Below, in pieces: positions 8,179 to 17,524 of a stretch of 64,000 bases of DNA. The position numbers were made by a program, and so were the translations under genes. This DNA comes from Candidatus Daviesbacteria bacterium (lineage in GTDB: Bacteria; Patescibacteriota; Microgenomatia; Daviesbacterales; UBA10151), in assembly GCA_016187035.1 (NCBI GenBank), contig JACPKL010000001.1, positions 14,607-78,606 of the forward strand, in the 5' to 3' direction. A model generated the notes under the pieces. The model searched no databases, was not told where the DNA came from, and saw nothing but the letters and a program-made list of their open reading frames with translations. Position 1 is the stretch's first letter. Every line of letters begins with the position of its first letter.

Positions 8179-9235
8179 CTTTTTTGGTGCCGCCGATTTT
8201 TTTTATCAAGCCTTTTTTCCTTAAAAATTGTAACTCTCTTAAAACTGTATCATCTGAAAAATCAGGGAAGATCTTCCTGAAGTCTTTATTCTGCATGCTC
8301 TTATGACGATGGAGATATTCCATTATTATCATCTGCCTTTCATTTAATATGACCTGCTCCCCTAGTTTATCTTTAATCCTGGCATCAACAGAAATCCTTT
8401 GCACTTTTTCTTTAACCCTGTTTAACTCAATAGCAACACCTTCTGTAAAATATTCCAGCCAGGGAGTTAAATCCCTTTCATGAGTATCCAAAACCAACTG
8501 GTTAGATACTGCCTGCAAAGTTAAATAATACTTCATCGGATTTTCATCAAAATACTCCTCAAATGAGAAAAACTTTTTTATATCATATCCATCTAAAAAC
8601 ATTACTAAAGTAGCCACAGCCCTGGCTATTCTGCCATTCCCATCAACAAACGGATGAACTCTGGCTATTTCATAATGGATAATACCTGCTTTTAAGATGG
8701 GGTGGACTTGTTTCGCTTCATCAGAGTTGATCCAATTAACTAAATCTTCTATTAAATAAGGCACTTCCACTGCCGGAGGCGGTGTATAGGAAATTTGTCC
8801 TGTCTGGGAATTTTTAATAACCACTTGTCTGATTCTAAATTTCCCTGAAGACTGCTCTGGTAATATTTTCTCTGTAGTAAGCTTATGTATTTCTAAGATT
8901 GTTTCCAGGGTGAAGTTATATATACCAATTGAGCCTATTTGTACCTGAATAGACTCAACAAATCTTAAAACATTTCTATAATTAATGACTTCCTGAACAT
9001 CCCTGTCTCTGGCAACCACCTCAGTGCCTGCTAAAACATCCTGGACCTCTTCTTCAGATAAGGCATTGCCCTCAAGATGAGTGCCATGATGGATCGTTCT
9101 TTCAATAGCCTCTTTTCTGAATTTAGCTTCCCAGGCAGGCACCAAAGGAGCATGAATTATGACCTCTTTTGCAGCTTCTACAATACCTATGTCTTTTAAA
9201 ATCTTGTTGGTGATAGAATATTTGGGAACAAACAT
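8159..9235 (-). CDS. Fic/DOC-family protein (putative AMPylase) with C-terminal wHTH
   Basis: Fic motif HPFVDGNGRIARA, N-terminal Fic_N-like THLEGNALSEEEV, and a C-terminal winged-helix-like segment. Confidence 0.85.
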   Translation of the reverse strand: MFVPKYSITNKILKDIGIVEAAKEVIIHAPLVPAWEAKFRKEAIERTIHHGTHLEGNALSEEEVQDVLAGTEVVARDRDVQEVINYRNVLRFVESIQVQIGSIGIYNFTLETILEIHKLTTEKILPEQSSGKFRIRQVVIKNSQTGQISYTPPPAVEVPYLIEDLVNWINSDEAKQVHPILKAGIIHYEIARVHPFVDGNGRIARAVATLVMFLDGYDIKKFFSFEEYFDENPMKYYLTLQAVSNQLVLDTHERDLTPWLEYFTEGVAIELNRVKEKVQRISVDARIKDKLGEQVILNERQMIIMEYLHRHKSMQNKDFRKIFPDFSDDTVLRELQFLRKKGLIKKIGGTKKATYLLR

Positions 9236-9282
9236 ACCATTTCATTATCTCTCATTTCCCGCAAAAAAGCTATCTATATGCG

Positions 9283-9303
9283 TACCAATTTATTGTACGA
9301 TCG
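9283..9303. repeat. 21-bp direct repeat copy 1 (TACCAATTTATTGTACGATCG), upstream of fic
   Basis: Identical 21-mer at 9818-9838. Lies 3 nt after the PaaX-like stop and ~47 nt upstream of the fic ATG. Carries a TACAAT -10-like hexamer on the minus strand. Confidence 0.8.
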
Positions 9304-9305
9304 CA

Positions 9306-9818
9306 TCACAAAATGGTATTAATGGTATTAGCAGTTAAACGATTGACTTCCATTACCACCACCCACTTCTCTATTCCCAAATCTTTAATATATAATTCCA
9401 ATTTATCAAAAACGTTTCTTTTGCTCACCCAAACACTTTTTTGTAAATGCTTAAAACCCCATTTTTTAAGATTTCTTCTAAATAAGTTTCTGATAATTCT
9501 TTTTTGTTCTGGAATATCAAATATTACTATCCTCCACTTTCCATCCCAATCTTTCTCTTCATAATTATCACTGATTAATTCCTTTCCAGCTTGAGTCAGT
9601 TTTATTATTACATCATCCTTGACTTTTGTCTGTTCAATCAACCCCCCTTCCCTTAGTCTTCTTAACGCTTGGGATAAAGAGGATTTCCTAAGCTCAGGGA
9701 TTCCGTATCTGTAACGGTAATGATGATAGGTAAAATCTTCTAAACGAACATAACCATCCACTGTTTTTTCCAATACCAGAAGAATCTTATTTGTCAAACT
9801 CTTTTTATAAACCCTCAT
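9306..9818 (-). CDS. Small PaaX-like regulator (N-terminal wHTH plus Cas2-like/PaaX middle domain)
   Basis: WDGKWRIVIFDIPEQKRIIRNLFRRNLKKWGFKHLQKSVWVS matches the PaaX/Cas2-fold pattern. N-terminal wHTH (LSQALRRLREGGLIE). Paralog at 25795-26310. Confidence 0.6.
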   Translation of the reverse strand: MRVYKKSLTNKILLVLEKTVDGYVRLEDFTYHHYRYRYGIPELRKSSLSQALRRLREGGLIEQTKVKDDVIIKLTQAGKELISDNYEEKDWDGKWRIVIFDIPEQKRIIRNLFRRNLKKWGFKHLQKSVWVSKRNVFDKLELYIKDLGIEKWVVVMEVNRLTANTINTIL

Positions 9819-9842
9819 ACCAATTTATTGTACGATCGTACA
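9818..9842 (-). promoter_or_regulatory. Candidate promoter/operator of the PaaX-like gene: 21-bp repeat copy 2 plus the perfect 14-bp palindrome TGTACGATCGTACA
   Basis: Minus strand reads TTGACA-N16/17-TACAAT-aaattggt-ATG. The palindrome (9829-9842) overlaps the spacer and -10 hexamer. The ATG is 8 nt after the -10, suggesting a leaderless mRNA. Confidence 0.5.
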
Positions 9843-9956
9843 CCGAATTGTCAATAGTAGTAATTAAATATAATAATAAGACTTATGAAATAAAGTCGGG
9901 GGGAAAAGCCTGCAGACTATCTTTAATCAAATCCTCCCCACTTTCAAATTCCTTCC

Positions 9957-12900
9957 TTAACAGGAAATATATTCATCCCAAGACTTAACTTTTAAATCTT
10001 TTAACCTTTTGGGAGTCAGCGCTGAAACCAGAGTCTCAGCTGCCTGTAAGTTGGTAATTAAAGGCACACCTAAATCTACACAATTCCTCCTGATAATATA
10101 ACCGTCAGTCTCCCCTCTGATTGATCCTTTTTCAGGAATATTAATTGCCAGGTCAATCTCTCCTTTTTTCAAAAAATCTAAAATAGATGGATGCTTAGCC
10201 TCTGAAATCTTATAAACCCTGGTATTTCTGATCCCTGATTCCTTTAAAAACTTGTGCGTATGGTCTGTTGCATAAATTTTTAAGCCAAGCCTGAGAAGCT
10301 TTTTTGCCGGTATCAGCATGTCTAACTTATTTTTAGCCCCGCCAATTGACAAAAACACCGATCTTTTGGGCATTTTAAATCCTGTGGCCAGCAAGGCTTT
10401 AAGATAGGCTTCTGGCAAGTCATCACCAAAACATGCGACTTCCCCTGTTGAAGACATCTCTACCCTGAGGCGCGGATCAGCACCCTTTATCCTATGAAAA
10501 GAAAACTGTGGAGCTTTAACCCCAACATAATCTAAATCTAAAGTCTTAAAAGTCTGTTTAATCTCTTCTCCCAATAAAACCCTGGTGGCCAGGTTAACAA
10601 AATTTTTACCGGTCACTTTGGAAACAAACGGGAAAGACCTGGAGGCCCTTAAATTAAGTTCAATCACCAAAATCTTGTTGTCTTTGGCTAAAAATTGAAT
10701 ATTAAAAGGCCCTGATATATTAAGGTGCTTAATAATTTTTTTAGTTGCCAGCTTCACCCTTCTAATAGTTTCCAGATATAATCTTTGCGGGGGTAAAACC
10801 ATGGTGGCATCACCGGAATGAACCCCGGCATTTTCTATATGTTCACTTAAAGCATAAATTATAAGTTTCCCTTTTTGCCCCACCCCGTCAATTTCAATTT
10901 CCTTTGCTCCTTCAATAAATTTAGAAACTACCACCGGATGTTTACTGTAATCTCCGGCCTGCTGCAAATACTTTTTTAGTTCTTTGCCGCAGTAAGCTAC
11001 ATTCATTAAAGAACCGGATAAAACATATGAGGGCCTGATCAGTACAGGATAACCAATCTTTTTAGAAAAACTTGCTGCCTCTGAAACAGCTTTAAAGGAT
11101 TGCCAGGGTGGTTGTTCAATCCCCAGTTTGTCTAAAATTTCAGAAAATTTATTTCTATCCTCTGCCTTGTCAATACTTTCCGGAGAAGTTCCTAATATAT
11201 TATAACCTGCCTGATACAAAGGCAGCGCTAAATTATTAGGAATCTGGCCGCCAAAACCCAGAACCAAGCAGGCTGTTTGCTCAAGATCGTAAATATCACT
11301 AACCCTCTCAAAACTGAGCTCTTCAAAGTACATTTTATCCGCTATATCATAGTCTGTGGAAACAGTTTCCGGGTTACAATTAATAATAATTGTTTGCAGG
11401 CCTTTAGCCTTTAAAGTTTGGGCTGCTGTCACACAACACCAGTCAAATTCAACAGAAGAACCAATCCGATAAGGCCCTGAGCCTAAAACTATAGCCTTCT
11501 TCACTGCTGATTCTTTCGATTCCTCTGACTCTTCTCCATGGTAAGTTAAATAGAGATAATTAGTCTTAGCAGGATATTCTGCAGCCAAAGTGTCAATATG
11601 TTTGACTCTGGGAATTATGCCATGCTTTTTCCTAAATTGTCTGATCTTATCTTCTGTAGTATTTAGTTTCTTAGCTAGTAATTTATCCGAAAATCCCAGC
11701 CTTTTTGCCTCAGCAATTAATTGAAAATTTTTGAGCTTCTGCTCAAACTCTACTATTTCTTCTATCTGAGACAAAAACCAGGGATCAATTCCTGTTTCCT
11801 GGTAGATATTTTCCAACTGATCGCCTTTACTAAATCTTTGGGCAATTACAAACAATCTCTCAGTAGTAGGAAGCAATTTGGTATCATCTATCTGGTTTGA
11901 AAGTAACCCGTCTTGTCCTGTTTCAAGCATCCTGACTGCCTTTTGCAAGCTTTCCGGGAAACTTCTACCAATAGCCATTACCTCCCCCACGCTTTTCATC
12001 TCAGAGCCAATCATCTGCTTGGCTCCAACAAACTTTTGTAAATCCCATCTGGGTAATTTAACCACAATATAATCTAGGGCCGGTTCAAAAAAAGCTGAAG
12101 TGGACCCAGTCACAGAATTCCTAAGTTCCGCTAAATTAAAACCCAAACCAATCTTGGCAGCAATATAAGCCAAAGGATACCCGGTGGCTTTAGAAGCTAG
12201 CGCTGAAGAACGTGACAGTCTGGCATTAACTTCTATTACCCTGTAATCATTATTCTTGGGATTTAAGGCAAATTGAATATTACACTCCCCCACAACCCCC
12301 AGATGCTCAATTACCTGCAAAGATAGTCTTCTTAAAAAGTGATATTGATAATTATTCAAAGTTTGAGATGGAGCAACCACTATACTTTCCCCGGTATGGA
12401 TACCCAAAGGATCCATGTTTTCCATGTTACAAACTGTAATTTTATTACCCTGATTATCCCTGACCACTTCGTATTCCACCTCTTTCCAATGCTTGAGATA
12501 TTCTTCTACAGCTATCTGGGGAGCATGTTTCAGGCTGACAGAAACCATCTTGATCAATTCCTCTTTATTATTAATTACTCCTGAACCAAGACCACCTAAA
12601 GAAAATCCGGATCTGATTAAAAGAGGATAACCTAATTTTTCAGCAATTTTTAAAGCCTCTGAAACAGTTTTGGCAAATCCGCCTTTTGGCACTTTAACGC
12701 CTATTTGCCCTAAAGCTTCGGCAAAAAGTTTCCTGTCTTCAGTAATCTCAATACTTTTAACAGGAGTTCCCAAAACTTTAACTTTGTATTTTTTAAATAT
12801 ACCAAGCCGGTCTAAGGAAAGACCGCAATTTAAGGCAGTTTGCCCGCCAAAACCTAAAAAAATACCGTCAACTTTCTCTTTTTTGATTACATGTTCCACA

Positions 12901-13100
12901 AAATAAGGCATAACCGGTAAAAAATAAATCTTTTGAGCTAAACTTTGGGAAGTTTGAATAGTAGCAATATTAGGGTTGATTAAGACTGATTCAATACCCT
13001 CTTCTTTTAAGGCTTTTAAAGCCTGGGAACCGGAATAATCAAATTCCCCTGCCTCACCTATTTTTAATGCTCCTGAACCTAAGACTAAAACTTTTTTCAT
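9957..13100 (-). CDS. carB: Carbamoyl-phosphate synthase large subunit
   Basis: 1047 aa with duplicated ATP-grasp halves. N-terminus MKKVLVLGSGALKIGEAGEFDYSGSQA, second half KKAIVLGSGPYRIGSSVEFDW, and an MGS-like C-terminus. Confidence 0.95.
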   Translation of the reverse strand: MKKVLVLGSGALKIGEAGEFDYSGSQALKALKEEGIESVLINPNIATIQTSQSLAQKIYFLPVMPYFVEHVIKKEKVDGIFLGFGGQTALNCGLSLDRLGIFKKYKVKVLGTPVKSIEITEDRKLFAEALGQIGVKVPKGGFAKTVSEALKIAEKLGYPLLIRSGFSLGGLGSGVINNKEELIKMVSVSLKHAPQIAVEEYLKHWKEVEYEVVRDNQGNKITVCNMENMDPLGIHTGESIVVAPSQTLNNYQYHFLRRLSLQVIEHLGVVGECNIQFALNPKNNDYRVIEVNARLSRSSALASKATGYPLAYIAAKIGLGFNLAELRNSVTGSTSAFFEPALDYIVVKLPRWDLQKFVGAKQMIGSEMKSVGEVMAIGRSFPESLQKAVRMLETGQDGLLSNQIDDTKLLPTTERLFVIAQRFSKGDQLENIYQETGIDPWFLSQIEEIVEFEQKLKNFQLIAEAKRLGFSDKLLAKKLNTTEDKIRQFRKKHGIIPRVKHIDTLAAEYPAKTNYLYLTYHGEESEESKESAVKKAIVLGSGPYRIGSSVEFDWCCVTAAQTLKAKGLQTIIINCNPETVSTDYDIADKMYFEELSFERVSDIYDLEQTACLVLGFGGQIPNNLALPLYQAGYNILGTSPESIDKAEDRNKFSEILDKLGIEQPPWQSFKAVSEAASFSKKIGYPVLIRPSYVLSGSLMNVAYCGKELKKYLQQAGDYSKHPVVVSKFIEGAKEIEIDGVGQKGKLIIYALSEHIENAGVHSGDATMVLPPQRLYLETIRRVKLATKKIIKHLNISGPFNIQFLAKDNKILVIELNLRASRSFPFVSKVTGKNFVNLATRVLLGEEIKQTFKTLDLDYVGVKAPQFSFHRIKGADPRLRVEMSSTGEVACFGDDLPEAYLKALLATGFKMPKRSVFLSIGGAKNKLDMLIPAKKLLRLGLKIYATDHTHKFLKESGIRNTRVYKISEAKHPSILDFLKKGEIDLAINIPEKGSIRGETDGYIIRRNCVDLGVPLITNLQAAETLVSALTPKRLKDLKVKSWDEYISC

Positions 13101-14194
13101 AGTAAATCCAAAAATTCATCAAATAGAAAACTAGCATCAAATGGGCCTGGACTTGCCTCAGGATGGAATTGAACAGCCAAGAATGGTTTTGTTTTATGCC
13201 TGATTCCTTCATTTGTACCGTCATTTAAATTAACAAACCATTCCTGCCAATCATTAGATAAAGATTTCATATCCACAGCAAAACCATGATTTTGAGAAGT
13301 GATAATGGCTTTTTTATTCTGCATATCTTGCACTGGCTGGTTTTGACCTCTGTGACCGAACTTCAATTTATAAGTATTGCCCCCTGCTGCTAAAGCCAGA
13401 ATTTGGCTGCCTAAACAAATACCAAATATTGGTATGTCTGTTTTCAGTAATTGTCTAGTTGTTTGGATGGTGGCTTTGGCTTGTTTTGGATCTCCTGGTC
13501 CTGGAGACACTGAGACTCCGTCAAAGTCCAATTTAGAATTTAAAGGATTAAAATCCCAAGGGACTTTGGTTATTTTTACGCCTCTTCTAACCAAACTTCT
13601 GATAATGTTCATCTTTACACCACAATCAACTAAGACTATATTTTTCTTACCACTGCCAAAAACTTCTACCTGATCTGTACTAACCTGTGGTAACACATTT
13701 CCTGCATTAGGATCATAATTTTGAATTTTGAATTTTGCTCTGCCGAAGGCAGTTTCGCTATGCGAAACATTTTGAATTTCTATCCTTCCCAGCATGACTC
13801 CATGCTCTCGCAGTTTCGTGGTTAATTGCCTGGTATCTATTCCCTGCAAAGCAGGTATTCCCTCTTCTTTAAGCCAAACATCTAGGTTCTTTTGACTTTC
13901 AAAGTGTGATGGATGATCAATATAATTTTGGACAATTAACCCTTTTACTTGAATTTTTTTTGATTCCCAAAACTCTGGATCTGGTACTCCATAATTTCCT
14001 ACCAGAGGATAGGTTAAAACCAGTATCTGTCCAAAATATGAAGGATCTGTCAAAGACTCAGGATAGCCTACCATACCAGTATTAAAAACCACCTCTCCTG
14101 AGGTACTCGAGAGTCCACTGGACTCTCTCCCCTCTGCCCCAAAAGATTGTCCTAAAAAAACTGTCCCATCGGACAGAATTAATTTTCCCTGCAT
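13097..14194 (-). CDS. carA: Carbamoyl-phosphate synthase small (glutaminase) subunit
   Basis: GEVVFNTGMVGYPESLTDPSY, with GATase triad context GICLGSQIL and VQFHPE. Start set at the ATG at 14194 (MQGKLILSDG). The track's longer ORF (to 14302) would overlap pyrB by 92 nt. Holds two in-frame repeat insertions. Confidence 0.9.
   Translation of the reverse strand: MQGKLILSDGTVFLGQSFGAEGRESSGLSSTSGEVVFNTGMVGYPESLTDPSYFGQILVLTYPLVGNYGVPDPEFWESKKIQVKGLIVQNYIDHPSHFESQKNLDVWLKEEGIPALQGIDTRQLTTKLREHGVMLGRIEIQNVSHSETAFGRAKFKIQNYDPNAGNVLPQVSTDQVEVFGSGKKNIVLVDCGVKMNIIRSLVRRGVKITKVPWDFNPLNSKLDFDGVSVSPGPGDPKQAKATIQTTRQLLKTDIPIFGICLGSQILALAAGGNTYKLKFGHRGQNQPVQDMQNKKAIITSQNHGFAVDMKSLSNDWQEWFVNLNDGTNEGIRHKTKPFLAVQFHPEASPGPFDASFLFDEFLDLL
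13718..13790. repeat. Composite insert in carA: heptamer tract (AATTTTG x3) plus two short hairpins plus a heptamer-like end
   Basis: AATTTTGAATTTTGAATTTTG-CTCTGCCGAAGGCAG-TTTCGCTATGCGAAA-CATTTTGAATTTC. Encodes IQNVSHSETAFGRAKFKIQNY in the inter-domain linker. Confidence 0.75.
14106..14133. repeat. Palindromic element family B core, in-frame in carA
   Basis: CTCGAGAGTCCACTGGACTCTCTCCCCT, a 28-mer identical to 40550-40577. Encodes GRESSGLSS. Confidence 0.85.
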
Positions 14195-14210
14195 AAAATG
14201 GACTCCTCCA

Positions 14211-15173
14211 TCAAAGTCTTCCCAAAACCAGTGAAAGTAAAGCTTCCCTGATATACAAACCATTTCTGGCTTGTTGAAAATAAATAGCATTAGGATGCGC
14301 ATCTAATGAGGAATCCATTTCATTAACCCTGGGCAAAGGATGCATAAGTTTTACTCCTTTGTCTAAATACTCTTTAAAAGAAGCATCTAAAATAAACTTA
14401 TCTTTAATCTTTTTATACTGGCTTAGATTGATAAATCTTTCTTTTTGCACCCTGGTTTGATATAAAAAATCTACTCCCTTCAAATCCTCAGGCAGCTTAT
14501 CCCAAACCTTAAATTCTCTCTTTTTTTCTTTTAAAATTTTTAGATATTCATCTGGCATAGCCAAAGAAGGGTGAGATATAAAAATCTGCTTTACATTAAA
14601 GTGAGACAAAGCAATAGAGAGGGCATGAACGGTCCTGCCATATTTTAAATCCCCCATTAAAGCTACAGTTATTCCATCAAGCTTGCCTGCCCTTGCACCG
14701 TCCGGTGCGGGGCCTGCTTCTTTCATCATGGTATAAAGATCTAACATGGTTTGCGTTGGGTGCTGATTAGGACCATCTCCAGCATTAATGACTGGGATTT
14801 GAGCTACATCTGCAGCTTCTTTGGCAGCACCGGCTCTGGGATGCCTGATAATCAAAACATCTGCATATGAATCCATAATTCTGATGGTGTCTGAAAAACT
14901 TTCCCCTTTATGGATAGATGTAGACTCAGGGTCATTAAAACCAATAATGCCCATGCCAATTTTTTGGGCTGCTGATCTAAAAGATTGTTCAGTGCGGGTA
15001 GATTGTTCAAAAAATAATACTGCTGCAATTTTTCCCTGGGCTAGAGTGTAGTTAGATCTGTCTTTTTTAACAAAGGCAGGGTCAAATTTTTTGGCTGTTT
15101 TTAAAATAAAAAGCAGTTCCTCTTTGGAAAAATCATTTATATCAATAATGTCTCTACCTTTAAAACTTTTCAT
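14211..15173 (-). CDS. pyrB: Aspartate carbamoyltransferase catalytic subunit
   Basis: STRTEQSF, HPTQ, LKYGRTVHA and HPLPRV motifs. Confidence 0.9.
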   Translation of the reverse strand: MKSFKGRDIIDINDFSKEELLFILKTAKKFDPAFVKKDRSNYTLAQGKIAAVLFFEQSTRTEQSFRSAAQKIGMGIIGFNDPESTSIHKGESFSDTIRIMDSYADVLIIRHPRAGAAKEAADVAQIPVINAGDGPNQHPTQTMLDLYTMMKEAGPAPDGARAGKLDGITVALMGDLKYGRTVHALSIALSHFNVKQIFISHPSLAMPDEYLKILKEKKREFKVWDKLPEDLKGVDFLYQTRVQKERFINLSQYKKIKDKFILDASFKEYLDKGVKLMHPLPRVNEMDSSLDAHPNAIYFQQARNGLYIREALLSLVLGRL

Positions 15174-15242
15174 TTTTTTCTAAAAAATATACTTTCTACG
15201 AAAGACTGTCCCGCTTCGCGTGAAAGTCCCACGGTTTATTTC

Positions 15243-15267
15243 AAAAAAAATCCCGCCACAGCGGGAT
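15243..15267 (-). terminator. Rho-independent terminator after argF
   Basis: Minus strand AUCCCGC-UGUG-GCGGGAU followed by UUUUUUUU. Separates argHGF from pyrB-carAB. Confidence 0.75.
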
Positions 15268-15356
15268 AATCAAACTATATTTTTATCTTCAACAATACAA
15301 AGTTTTTGCATAATTCTTTTTGCTAGTTTATAGGTTTATAGTCTATCTGTCAACTA

Positions 15357-16280
15357 TCAAAACTTCTTCCTGCCAAACTTCATTAAGTATATTAATAATC
15401 CCTTTTGGGAATAGAGTCTATTTTCTGCCTGCAGGAATACTACTGATTGAGGTCCATCTATCACCTCAGATGCTACCTCATTTCCTCTATAAGCAGGCAA
15501 ATCATGCATAAAGATTACATCTTTTTTAGCCAAACTCATTAAACTTTGACTAACCTGATATGGTTGAAAGATTTTTAGTCTTTTTTCTTTATCCTTATCA
15601 CCCATGCTTACCCAAGTGTCTGTATAAATTATGTCTGCATTTTTAACAGCTTCTTCTGGATTTTCAGTTTCTAAAATATTTACTCCAGTAGCTTTAGCTA
15701 TTTGTTTTGCTTTTTGGACTATTTCTTTCTTCATAAAGTAACCTTTAGGTGAAGCGCATCTAAAATCAATGCCTAAAAGAGCACATCCCAATACTAAAGA
15801 ATGCGGCACATTATTTTCCCCATCGCCTAGATAAGCCAGGGTTAAACCCTCAAGCCTTCCTTTAACCTCTAATACAGTTAAAAAATCAGCTAAAGCTTGG
15901 CAAGGATGTTCTAAATCAGATAAAGCATTAATTACAGGCACTTTTGAATTATCTGCTAATTCTTCTAAATCTTTATGAGAAAAAACCCTGGCCACTATCA
16001 GATCAGCCATGCTGGATATTATCTTAGCCACATCTGAGACAGACTCTCTTTTACCTAAACCAACTTCCTGGGAACCAAAATAAACAATATGTCCTCCCAG
16101 TTGGTTAAAAGCTATATCAAAACTTAGTTTGGTTCTCAAACTTGGTTTCTCAAACAGCATTACCATAGTTTTACCTGCAAAATAATTTGCATTTCTTTGC
16201 TTTAACTTTTTTACCAATAAAAGCACCTGCCAAATTTCTTTAGCAGATAAATCTGCTATTGATAAAAAATCCTTTTTCAT
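15357..16280 (-). CDS. argF: Ornithine carbamoyltransferase
   Basis: FEKPSLRTKLSF, HPCQALAD, DTWVSMG and HDLPAYRGNEV motifs. Confidence 0.9.
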   Translation of the reverse strand: MKKDFLSIADLSAKEIWQVLLLVKKLKQRNANYFAGKTMVMLFEKPSLRTKLSFDIAFNQLGGHIVYFGSQEVGLGKRESVSDVAKIISSMADLIVARVFSHKDLEELADNSKVPVINALSDLEHPCQALADFLTVLEVKGRLEGLTLAYLGDGENNVPHSLVLGCALLGIDFRCASPKGYFMKKEIVQKAKQIAKATGVNILETENPEEAVKNADIIYTDTWVSMGDKDKEKRLKIFQPYQVSQSLMSLAKKDVIFMHDLPAYRGNEVASEVIDGPQSVVFLQAENRLYSQKGLLIYLMKFGRKKF

Positions 16281-17524
16281 GCTCCCTTTCCTGTCTGGTT
16301 TGCCAGCTTCATCTGTAAGGAATATACTTCTATAAACCCGGCTGATGCATTGGTATTAAATGGATATCCACCTAAGGAAAAGGACGTATGATCCAATCCA
16401 TATGGCGATGCCATTGCTACCACATCTGCTTTGCCTTTAAACAATTTGACTGTAACTTCACCTGTGGCTTTTTCATTAATAAAATCATTAAAAGCATTAA
16501 TTGCCTTCATAGCCGGATCAAACCATAAGGCTCCATAGCAAAGATAAGCCCATTTTGTATCTATCATTTCTTTTATTTCATTCAGGTTTCTGGTTGAGAC
16601 ATATTTTTCCAAAGCCTTATGAGCCAAAATGATTACATGGGCTGCGGGTAGATCGTAAACTCCACCATTTTTAACTCCAACTAACCTATCTTCAAACATA
16701 TAGACCACTCCCACTCCATGCTTCCCGGCAATCTTGTTTAACTTGATTGTTAATTTAGCCAGGCTTAATTTTTCTCCATTTAGGGCAATTGGCAGTCCTT
16801 TTTCAAAAGTGAGTTTAACTAGTTCCTCTTGATTTGGGGCATCTTTTGGCAGCGTGTGAGTTAAAAATTTCTCAACAGGAGCAATTAAATTTGGTTCTTC
16901 AATTTCTCCACCTTCCCAGGTAATTCCCCACATATTGTCATCACTGCTATAGGGAAAATTTACAGAGGCTGGGACAGGGATGCCATGTTTTTTGGCATAT
17001 TTAATCTCTTCATTTCTATCCATAGCCCATTCCCTGACAGGAGCAATGATTTTCATTTTAGGATCCTCTGTTAAAATATACCCATCAAGTCTCACCTGAT
17101 CATTACCTTTACCAGTACATCCGTGAGCTATGGCATCGCAGCCAAGTTTTTTTGCAATTTTGACAGCTTCTTTTCCTAAAATAGCCCTGCCCATAGGAGT
17201 TGACAGATGATAATTACCCTGATAAGAAGCATTGGCTTTTATACCTTTGGCTAAATATTCATTGGCAAATTCCTCTTTTAGATCCAAAACTATTGCCTCT
17301 ACAGCACCAAATTTAAGAGCTTTCTTTTTTATACTTTCCAAATCATCATGCTGTTGGCCTAAATCAGCTGTTAAAGCAACTACCTGACATTTATAATTGT
17401 CCTGTATCCATTTCAACATCACTGAGGTATCTAAGCCTCCTGAATAAAGAAGTAAAACCTTTTTCGCTTCTCCTGCTTTTCCTTCATATGAAGATACTTT
17501 TATATAATCAGTATTACTTTGCAT
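16277..17524 (-). CDS. argG: Argininosuccinate synthase
   Basis: VLLLYSGGLDTSV PP-loop and AHGCTGKGNDQVR. Confidence 0.95.
   Translation of the reverse strand: MQSNTDYIKVSSYEGKAGEAKKVLLLYSGGLDTSVMLKWIQDNYKCQVVALTADLGQQHDDLESIKKKALKFGAVEAIVLDLKEEFANEYLAKGIKANASYQGNYHLSTPMGRAILGKEAVKIAKKLGCDAIAHGCTGKGNDQVRLDGYILTEDPKMKIIAPVREWAMDRNEEIKYAKKHGIPVPASVNFPYSSDDNMWGITWEGGEIEEPNLIAPVEKFLTHTLPKDAPNQEELVKLTFEKGLPIALNGEKLSLAKLTIKLNKIAGKHGVGVVYMFEDRLVGVKNGGVYDLPAAHVIILAHKALEKYVSTRNLNEIKEMIDTKWAYLCYGALWFDPAMKAINAFNDFINEKATGEVTVKLFKGKADVVAMASPYGLDHTSFSLGGYPFNTNASAGFIEVYSLQMKLANQTGKGA

Noticed and set aside
14195-14302. N-terminal extensions of track ORFs: carA to 14302, 39344-40354, ccl-like to 51986, ABC to 46847, recF to 21906, hicB to 19507, 36535-37053 and xer to 61788.
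   Set aside because: The extensions start at TTG or overlap the upstream gene by 30-90 nt. They add residues absent from the family N-termini, and an in-frame ATG gives the canonical N-terminus in each case.
15180-15242. A pyrimidine attenuator or PyrR site, or a degenerate family-A fragment, upstream of pyrB (GTCCCGCTTCGCGTGAAAGTCCCACGG, CTTTC-tac-GAAAG).
   Set aside because: No PyrR-box-like sequence is present. The hairpin is weak, and resemblance to family A is limited to short GC-rich words.
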